A DNA stretch of 30,460 bases. It comes from Amoebidium appalachense. Its lineage: Eukaryota; Protista; Ichthyosporea. Where the stretch lies: NCBI GenBank assembly GCA_963693365.1, contig CAVNZM010000046.1, positions 1 to 30,460 of the forward strand, in the 5' to 3' direction. Below, in pieces: positions 23,737 to 30,460 of the stretch. Within the stretch, counting starts at the first letter, position 1; every line of letters starts with the position of its first letter. A program made the position numbers and the translations under genes. A model generated the notes under the pieces. It saw only the letters and a program-made list of their open reading frames with translations, was not told where the DNA came from and ran no database searches.

Positions 23737-24132
23737 ATGCGTGCGCTGCTCCTGTGTCCCCCCCTGCTTGCACTGGTCCTTGCGGCCCCCGAGTGCCTGG
23801 TGTTTGCGAGCTCGGCAACCCTTGCGGCAACCACCGCGCACGTGCCGCCCAGCTCCACTGCCGAAACAAAGACGTGGTGGGCGACCCTGACGCACGTGGA
23901 GACCGTTGCAGCCACCACCACAGCCGCCGCTTCGATTCAAACCATCGAAACCACCTCGGCCTCGGAAACTCCCACCGAAACGGACACCGACGTATTCGAG
24001 ATCCCCACCTCCATCACTGAAGGCGACCCAACCGACGAACCCATGCCCACGATGCCCGTGGACCCGCCCGCACCACCCGCCGGGGTGAACGCATCCAACT
24101 GGGAGTGCCGTTGCACGCTCATCAGACGTTAA
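23737..24132 (+). CDS. Secreted Thr/Pro-rich (mucin-like) protein (131 aa)
   Basis: TCAATG start with an upstream ATTTTGT motif. Signal peptide MRALLLCPPLLALVLA, T/E/P-rich body, C-terminal CRC. Confidence 0.7.
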   Translation: MRALLLCPPLLALVLAAPECLVFASSATLAATTAHVPPSSTAETKTWWATLTHVETVAATTTAAASIQTIETTSASETPTETDTDVFEIPTSITEGDPTDEPMPTMPVDPPAPPAGVNASNWECRCTLIRR

Positions 24133-24212
24133 TCATTTCTCGGAAAACCAGAGTTGGCCTGTCCATTCTTTGTTTTGTTCAGCCACGCCAGCTTTTAATT
24201 TGCGCAAGAAGA

Positions 24213-24716
24213 ATGGACTTGTCAAATGCGATTGCCTTAATCATTCTAATGCTTACTATCGGTGTGTTGGCATGGGCATACATCAAGTACGAACCCAAAC
24301 CTGCCCCTGGCAAAAACGACAGTACCCCTAAGCCTGGCCCCGGCAAAAACGACAGTACCCCTGCAGTCGCACGGACACAGTGGTATGCTTTCGACCAAGT
24401 GGGGGACCACAGCACGGACAACACGTTTAACGACTGGCAAGACCCGGTGAACTATGGGTACACGTCGGCCAGTCAGTGCATTAACCGATGCCAATCTATG
24501 AGCGGATGCCAACAGGTGGGCTATTCGCCATGGCAGGATATGGACGGGAAGCGGCCAAAAGGCTATTGCTACATGAGAAAAGCCGTCAAGAAATGGCCGT
24601 TGGATGCGTGGTCAAACAAGTCCGGTGTGGCTGCATCGGAATCGCAGGTCACGTATGTGATGGCCGCACAAGTGCCGGAGAGCGAGAAGCAACATGGCAA
24701 GCTGGTTGAGTTCTAG
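24213..24716 (+). CDS. Membrane-anchored PAN/Apple-domain protein (167 aa)
   Basis: N-terminal TM helix, repeat stalk, then SASQCINRCQSMSGCQQVGY...GYCYMRK (C-x3-C-x5-C...CxxK PAN pattern). Confidence 0.72.
   Translation: MDLSNAIALIILMLTIGVLAWAYIKYEPKPAPGKNDSTPKPGPGKNDSTPAVARTQWYAFDQVGDHSTDNTFNDWQDPVNYGYTSASQCINRCQSMSGCQQVGYSPWQDMDGKRPKGYCYMRKAVKKWPLDAWSNKSGVAASESQVTYVMAAQVPESEKQHGKLVEF
24294..24359 (+). repeat. 33-bp coding tandem repeat x2 (PKP[A/G]PGKNDST)
   Basis: Two near-identical copies, each with an NDS glycosylation sequon. Confidence 0.9.
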
Positions 24717-24894
24717 CATGAATCAGATGAACAAATGTAAGAAAGGCTGGCATTTCCATTGCCCCCTGGTTTGGGTGCACGCTGCTACAAAGATATTTGG
24801 CAACCTTGTTTTTCTTTGTCGTGTATATGGCCAATTTGATGGCTGTTTGATCTTGTGTCTAGAGCTGGCTTCTTTTTTATTGTGCCCCAATGTA

Positions 24895-26253
24895 ATGTCG
24901 CATGCGCGCTCCCGCATCCTTGACGACATGGCGTCCCACATCGATTTCTCGGCAGCCGTGGCGCGCCGGGCAGCGTTCCCGCACGGGCCAGCCCTGCCCT
25001 CGGCCCCCCGCAGCGTGTCGGTGCCGAGCGAGGCGCCCCCGCGTGTCGAGCCCCCGCAGCCGCCGCAGGGCCAGTGGCGCTACCACTTCGTGACGGGCGG
25101 GTCCGAGTGCCGGCCGCTGCAGGTGGAGTTTCCCGCCACCCAGTCCGTGCACGGCATCCGTGTTGAGGGCATCAAGGCGCACAGCGTGTACGACGTGTGC
25201 GAGGGCGCCAACAAGCTCACGCTGTCGCTGTCGTACCTGGACTCGCCCGACGGCCGGCCCCCAGGCATGTGGGTGAAGGCGTCCACCGACGTGTACCTGC
25301 CTGTGGGCAACTACACCCTGGACACCCTGTGCGCCGAACTCGAGATGCGTCTGGACGCCGCCATCGCCGCATGCTTCAACCCCAGCTACAGCCCCGAGGA
25401 GGTGGCGGACATTTTGGAGATGTACCCGGACACGCTGCCCTACTACGCCAGCGTCACACACACGGAGCGGTTGCGCCGGGACGCCGAGCGCAACGGCGAG
25501 GCGTGGACCAGGCACCAGGACTTTGTGTGCAAGACGCGGTGGGCGCCACGCCGGCAGGGCCCGCGCGACGAGATCGCATTCGAGGCGCTGATGCTCGCGC
25601 AGCTGTACTACAGGGAGAACGCATGGGCGTGGCGTGAGCTGGCCAACGAGCGTGACACCCACGGGCGCATCCAGTGGCCGTTCCACAACACGCTGTACAA
25701 CCTCATGACGCCCTCGAAGCTCGCGCTGCCCGGGCGACTGGTCATCAGCATCCACCACCGCAAGAACATGGACCCGGACACCATGAAGCACTGGCTGCCG
25801 TATGCGTCGGTGCCGACGTTCTCGCTTGACGTGTGCCGGGGGCTCGGGAGCGTGCTGGGAATGGCGGCCGGCGCGCACGTCAGCCACAGCCTGACAGCGG
25901 GGCTGCCTCCGCTGGCCCGCTACTTCGACGGGCGAGACCATGCGGCCGTGGAGGAGGGCGACCAGCAGCTGCCGTGCCAGGGCGACAACATCCAGTGCGT
26001 GTTTGGGACGGATGCACCCCTGGGCCCGCGGGGGGCGCTCATGGTGCACGTCATGCAGGGCGAGACGAACCTGCAGGGGCGCATCATGGCGCCGGGCGTG
26101 CAGGGGGCGGCGGGCGGGGCGGTGGACGACATGCTGGCGAGCCCGCAGATCTTGGGGACGCTGGACCACGTCGACACGCTGCGGCTGGTGGTGGTGGACG
26201 AGACCGGGACAAGGGTGACTGGCTGTTTCTCGGCGCTGGTCGCGGTTAAATAA
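24895..26253 (+). CDS. Penton/minor-capsid-like protein, second paralog (452 aa)
   Basis: VEFPATQSVHGIRVEGI...ANKL...VYLPVGNYTLDTLCAEL; C-part LGSVLG...LMVHV...LRLVVVDETGTRVTGCFSALVAVK. TAATG start, AATAAA at the stop. Confidence 0.65.
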   Translation: MSHARSRILDDMASHIDFSAAVARRAAFPHGPALPSAPRSVSVPSEAPPRVEPPQPPQGQWRYHFVTGGSECRPLQVEFPATQSVHGIRVEGIKAHSVYDVCEGANKLTLSLSYLDSPDGRPPGMWVKASTDVYLPVGNYTLDTLCAELEMRLDAAIAACFNPSYSPEEVADILEMYPDTLPYYASVTHTERLRRDAERNGEAWTRHQDFVCKTRWAPRRQGPRDEIAFEALMLAQLYYRENAWAWRELANERDTHGRIQWPFHNTLYNLMTPSKLALPGRLVISIHHRKNMDPDTMKHWLPYASVPTFSLDVCRGLGSVLGMAAGAHVSHSLTAGLPPLARYFDGRDHAAVEEGDQQLPCQGDNIQCVFGTDAPLGPRGALMVHVMQGETNLQGRIMAPGVQGAAGGAVDDMLASPQILGTLDHVDTLRLVVVDETGTRVTGCFSALVAVK

Positions 26254-26280
26254 AAGAGACTCCCAGATAATTCCTGACCT

Positions 26281-26796
26281 CTACCCGCCCATAGCCGCCC
26301 TGTCAGCGGGGCGTTCAACCTGTGGGAACCTAGGCACGAACGAGAAGGACTCGAATGTCGCGTACGCCGCACGGCGCGCCACAGCCATGCCGCAGTGACG
26401 CGCGCGCTCCTGGAACTGCTGGTAGCGGTCGGTGTACTGGGGATCGGACGACGTCTCCATGAGGAACACGCCAAACCTGTCCTCCTCCTCGTCACCGAAG
26501 AAGATGATGTTGACGACGACGGGGACCCCCTCGAGCCGCCCGACCATGAGCCAGTTGTAGTGCCCCCTCCCATGGATCATCCAGGGCTCCCGCGCCTGTG
26601 CGCTTTCGATCAAGAACAGAAACGACTCCTGCCCGGACAACACATCCTCGCACGGCAGTGTCAGCTGCAAGTAGAATGTGTTCGGCTGGCCCAGCCGTGG
26701 TATCATTTCGGCCAAATCCGAGCCGCCGTCGATAAACACCTCGTGGTCGTAATCCGCGTCCCATCCCCATGTGGCCTGTGAAGTCCCGATTCCCAT
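26281..26796 (-). CDS. Putative N-myristoylated protein (171 aa)
   Basis: MGIGTS fits MGxxxS. An AATATTGT motif lies 10 nt upstream. 3' part of ORF 26281..27399. Confidence 0.65.
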   Translation of the reverse strand: MGIGTSQATWGWDADYDHEVFIDGGSDLAEMIPRLGQPNTFYLQLTLPCEDVLSGQESFLFLIESAQAREPWMIHGRGHYNWLMVGRLEGVPVVVNIIFFGDEEEDRFGVFLMETSSDPQYTDRYQQFQERARHCGMAVARRAAYATFESFSFVPRFPQVERPADRAAMGG

Positions 26797-26874
26797 GCCT
26801 GTGCCAACAATATTCTTGTAAACGAGTTGGGCAGGGAAGCATAAAAGGGAATCCCCCAACCCCCCACCCTCACA

Positions 26875-27474
26875 ATGCGTGTGGCCGCCATCGACATCGG
26901 CTTCCTGAACCTGGTGGTGTGCGTGCTCAGCACGACCGACGACCCCGCCACGCCCTTCATCATCCACACGTGGGACCGCTGGCTCGTGGGCAACCCGGAC
27001 ACCACGGCCACGGTGCTGGTGGAGCTGCTGCTGCGCCGGCTGCACGAGGACCGCGCGCTGTTCGCGGACGTCGACATGGTCGTCATCGAGCGCCAGATGG
27101 TCACCAAGCTGAGCGTGCTGGCGCACGCGCTGCAGGCGTACTTCCTCACCCTCAGATTGACCAATGGCCACGGGCCCGGCGTGGTGCTGCAGCACGGCAC
27201 GCGCAAGAACCAGTGCGGGGCGTGGCTCGCCCGCCACGGAATGGCTCCTGCGGAGACGGGCAAGGCGGGGTATGCGGTGTACAAGCGGCGTGCGGTGGTC
27301 GACACGCAGCAAGCGCTCAAGCTGCAGAGTGAGCAGGGGTGGCGGGACAAGTTTGGGCGGGAGGGCAAGAAGGACGACATGGCGGATGCGCTGCTGCACG
27401 GTCTGTGGTACCTGTTCTGTCGGAATCAGAAGGGGGGGGTCACGCTGAAAGAAGGCAGACAGTGTTCAAAATAA
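26875..27474 (+). CDS. Holliday junction resolvase (poxvirus A22/RuvC-like)
   Basis: AIDIGFLNL, VVIERQ, YKRR and KKDDMADALL; the acidic catalytic residues are present. Confidence 0.93.
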   Translation: MRVAAIDIGFLNLVVCVLSTTDDPATPFIIHTWDRWLVGNPDTTATVLVELLLRRLHEDRALFADVDMVVIERQMVTKLSVLAHALQAYFLTLRLTNGHGPGVVLQHGTRKNQCGAWLARHGMAPAETGKAGYAVYKRRAVVDTQQALKLQSEQGWRDKFGREGKKDDMADALLHGLWYLFCRNQKGGVTLKEGRQCSK

Positions 27475-27493
27475 AGTTGGCAATCGCCCCTGC

Positions 27494-29020
27494 TCATGCG
27501 AGCACACTTGCATTCGGAGTTGTCGCTGCTGCTTTCGCGATGTCTTCCACAAGCCGCTCTCCATCCCTGCGCCTCGGCAGTCCTGCGGCTTCAAGCTCGG
27601 CATCGGTCAACACGACCGTTTTCTTGGTTATTACCTCTCTTATTACCTGTGTGTACCGTGGGTCATCAAGATTCGGCTGCACCACATTTATCTCTCCTCC
27701 ATGCATCTTAGCCCAGTAGAGTTCGGTCAGTTGCTTCCCGTACAGGGACAGCACGGCCCCGATTTTGTAGACTGCCCGGAATCCTCTGTCCACCTTCTCA
27801 AGCTTTGTCGTTATATGATTGCAGACCCGTTCCCCAATGGTGTTTCCATTGCCCGGTTGGGAACCCCAGTCGAAGCTTGACGTGCGCAGGAGTATGTAGA
27901 CCATCAACCAGGAGGCACATGCCGAGTCGTGTATTTCGTTTCTATCGACAAGTCCCTCATACAAAACCCTCCTAAAACTTGTCTGAAGGCTCTTACATAC
28001 AGATTCGTGTTGGTAGGTGCGCAGAACTTTCGAGCTTCCAGTGTAACCGGCCCCCTCAAGGAACATACAGAGGGCGTCAGCGATTAGCCCTGCCGGGGCA
28101 GACATGTTAAAGCACTCGACCACCTTGACTTGCGAATCGATAATGACAACAGAAGCATGCTCTGGGCTCGACACATGCATTATATAGTAGCGCTCACGTT
28201 CTTGGCTTTTCAGCCATGAAGAGAGGTTCGACACGAATGCTTTCGGGCATCTGAAACCCCACTTTCCTGCTGACACCTTCCAAGTGGACATTTTACCATT
28301 GTCCGTCACAACACTGAGTGCTGGTGTGGACTTGGGGACAGCATCACTATTATGCTCTATTTTGAGGGATGTCCAGGGGTGTGCAGGGGAAAAACGAACA
28401 GATTTTGGCAGATAGGTTTGCAGCAGTACGAAGGTGTTGTCCCGAGACCTGGCGCCACACCCTGCCACAGCCGGTGAGGCTTCAACGGAGCCAACCCCAA
28501 TCAGCTCGGTCAGTGACTTCTGAAGATCAACGAGACCGTTGTACCAGTCAAATAGAAGTGGCCACGTTTTTTGTATGTCCTCCATCATGTCCGAGGGCGT
28601 AGGTCTTCCAGGGACAATAGCCTGTTTGTACTTTTCGGCCACGTAGGGAGCACACTTCACCACAATCGACCCGAAACGGTGCTTCCGCTGGTCCACGAGA
28701 AACCGGCTTTTTGAATCATACCTTACAGCAAACTTGTATTCCGTACCAGCTGTTTGACGCATACAAATAAACAACAATCTGTAGCCACCCAGCCCTGCTT
28801 CAAAAACCAGAGATGTAACACAGGTCAGACAGACTGGTTCGACATCATTTTGAGTGCTCCACAAGTTGATGGAGAGACAGACGTCCCCCATAGCCCACTT
28901 GTATGTCTGGGTGTTGCGGGGTTTCAGATGTGCGTCTTCCAACTTGAAATGTTGGGTATTGCGTTTGACAAACTTGAAGAAGCAGTAGGGCTTTACCGAC
29001 AATGTCTGTGTTGAAGCCAT
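27494..29020 (-). CDS. Putative CE-clan-like cysteine protease, paralog B (508 aa)
   Basis: HASVVIID...VECFN...SLQ...DSACASWLMVYILLR. Shares VKPxCFFxFVK, LIGVGSVxxSPAVxG, LQTYLPKS, TIGERxCN and VLTDAELxxAGLPxRxDGE with paralog A. Confidence 0.6.
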   Translation of the reverse strand: MASTQTLSVKPYCFFKFVKRNTQHFKLEDAHLKPRNTQTYKWAMGDVCLSINLWSTQNDVEPVCLTCVTSLVFEAGLGGYRLLFICMRQTAGTEYKFAVRYDSKSRFLVDQRKHRFGSIVVKCAPYVAEKYKQAIVPGRPTPSDMMEDIQKTWPLLFDWYNGLVDLQKSLTELIGVGSVEASPAVAGCGARSRDNTFVLLQTYLPKSVRFSPAHPWTSLKIEHNSDAVPKSTPALSVVTDNGKMSTWKVSAGKWGFRCPKAFVSNLSSWLKSQERERYYIMHVSSPEHASVVIIDSQVKVVECFNMSAPAGLIADALCMFLEGAGYTGSSKVLRTYQHESVCKSLQTSFRRVLYEGLVDRNEIHDSACASWLMVYILLRTSSFDWGSQPGNGNTIGERVCNHITTKLEKVDRGFRAVYKIGAVLSLYGKQLTELYWAKMHGGEINVVQPNLDDPRYTQVIREVITKKTVVLTDAELEAAGLPRRRDGERLVEDIAKAAATTPNASVLA

Positions 29021-29143
29021 CTACACAACAGCCGAATTTTTCGACATATGGGTGGTTCCCTGGGACAGTTTCGGATGGGTTCCCGCGCGGGGGTGGGGGG
29101 GGGGGGATTGCGTCCATTCTGTGACCGATATATGCAAAAGAGT

Positions 29144-29551
29144 TTATATCCCTGCTGCACCGATGCCAGCAGGCTTGACGCAGCAGAAGTCCGGCGCGCA
29201 CGGCATCGACGTGGCCCTGCGCCGCTTGCACCGCAGCACCCCGCCGGTCTTGGGGTCCGGTCGGTAGAGGTTGCAGCCCACAAACTGGTTGCACGGCACG
29301 AGCGACGGATTCTGCGGCACCACCGTGCGGCACAGCCACCCGCACCCCACCCCCGGCACCGGCACCTGCGAGCACACGGGCGCTGCGGTGGCCGTCTGCG
29401 CAACGAGCCGTGTGCATCTGGATGGTTGGGTGAGGGTGGGCGTCGGGGTGGTTGGCGCCGGCGTCGGGGGGGCCGCACGGTCACGTAGCTGGGCGGCGGC
29501 GGCGGCGGCTTGTGCAAGTAGGGCAACGAGCACGTACATTACCGTGTGCAT
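29144..29551 (-). CDS. Small secreted Cys-rich protein (~135 aa)
   Basis: Signal peptide, PT-rich linker and a domain with 10 Cys. The start could be ATG 29539. Confidence 0.7.
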   Translation of the reverse strand: MHTVMYVLVALLAQAAAAAAQLRDRAAPPTPAPTTPTPTLTQPSRCTRLVAQTATAAPVCSQVPVPGVGCGWLCRTVVPQNPSLVPCNQFVGCNLYRPDPKTGGVLRCKRRRATSMPCAPDFCCVKPAGIGAAGI

Positions 29552-29646
29552 GGATAATAGTTGTGGGCGCAGGGGTGTTCTTGTTTGTTGGGGGGTGGGG
29601 GGAGGTCCCAGAGCTGGTTGTGTTCTATTTATTGGGGCCTGCACAT

Positions 29647-30403
29647 ATGAACTGGCCGGTGGAAAAGAGGGTGCTGTCCAACCCGGGGGACCTGCAAGCC
29701 TTTGTCGACGACCCAACGTGGTTTCATCCCGCCCAGCCGGGCATTGCGGGTGGGGTCCAGACCCGAGCACTGGGTGTAGTCCGCATCGTCTACCCGCAGC
29801 CGCCCGAGCCCACGGACGAATTCGGCAACATTCGCAGGGGCAGAATGTCGGTGCTGACTGCCCCACTCAGGTTTGTGTGCAAGCACACGCACTTCATCGA
29901 TGCCTGGTATGACCCTCCACGCGTGATGGATGATGGCCGCGCGACGGGCTTCTGGGAGTTTGCAATTGATGCGGGGCATGACTGGGTCGATGACAGGCGG
30001 CTCATGGTCACGTACAGCGCTGCACTGAATGCCAAAGTTTCAGTGGATGATGGTCTTTGACCTGGATATCCAGCCGCCGGATTGGGCAGATATCATGCCC
30101 TCCTACACGGAGACCCCCACCTTGATCTTCGAGCGCCCGCTCCCCGGTGCCCCCACACTCGCACAAACAGCGGCCACTGGGCTCATCCGAAACCAGGCCG
30201 CCGTCGTGCCTGCCCCGCCCTACACGCGCGACCGCCTCTGGATCCACAGGAACTTATGGCGCGGGCTGGCGCACGTGCTGCCCGATGAGGCCATCGAGGC
30301 CGTGCTGGGCTTCGGCAACACGCTCTACGGGCTGCTCGGCACCACCCCCGGGGGCAGTGCGTACATGGGCACCACCGAGTGGCCCATCGACTACGGCGAC
30401 TGA
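29647..30403 (+). CDS. Hypothetical protein(s): ORF 29647..30060 overlapping ORF 30029..30403 (+1 frame)
   Basis: Both halves are GC3-rich and overlap by 32 bp. Removing one A from 30034-30036 fuses them (...NAKFQWMMVF...). Confidence 0.5.
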
Positions 30404-30410
30404 GGCCCTG

Positions 30411-30428
30411 CGCGGGTATATGTATACC
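30411..30428. promoter_or_regulatory. Palindromic TATA element CGCGGGTATATGTATACC
   Basis: The first 10 nt are identical to the element at 711. GGTATA-TG-TATACC inverted repeat. The target gene is probably beyond the window edge. Confidence 0.45.
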
Positions 30429-30460
30429 TGCTTATCGAAATATTGATGTGTTTCCTCTGT

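Noticed and set aside
23128-24132. Single 334-aa protein as given in the track
   Set aside because: Likely a chance read-through. The middle third is R/A/P/G-rich off-frame sequence, and a separate signal-peptide gene with its own upstream motif starts at 23737.
24737-24862. Possible intron GTAAGA...TCTAG upstream of the second penton-like gene
   Set aside because: Splicing would create an in-frame TAG. ATG 24895 has its own upstream motif, so no intron is needed.
21166-29020. Invertible segment or transposon bounded by the two protease paralogs
   Set aside because: The similarity is clear at protein level, but I saw no long nucleotide-identical inverted repeat, recombinase or transposase.

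Overview
A gene-dense, GC-rich stretch of a large eukaryotic dsDNA virus (Nucleocytoviricota). It could be a free virus or an endogenised copy; the sequence alone does not settle this or the family. Hallmark genes are late transcription factor VLTF3, a poxvirus A22/RuvC-type Holliday junction resolvase, an A16/G9/J5-type entry-fusion protein, two penton/minor-capsid-like proteins, and SWIB, Nudix, Bro-N-like and MSV199-like genes. Accessory genes include an orthodox aquaporin, a retropepsin-like protein, two paralogous putative cysteine proteases, two ART-fold-like proteins and several small secreted or membrane proteins. Structure the ORF track does not show: (1) a 193-nt GT-AG intron that joins two ORFs into one MSV199-type gene; (2) a conserved extended TATA element 41-44 nt before five start codons, plus a second short A/T-tract motif before most other genes; (3) a ~1 kb non-coding block with 43-bp CCAAT/TCGCGCGA tandem repeats, inverted NF-Y-type boxes and an AT tract; (4) a ~1.7 kb low-GC insertion inside one penton-like gene; (5) aquaporin and entry-fusion genes overlapping through TGATG. 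All protein family calls come from motif recognition by eye; no searches were run.
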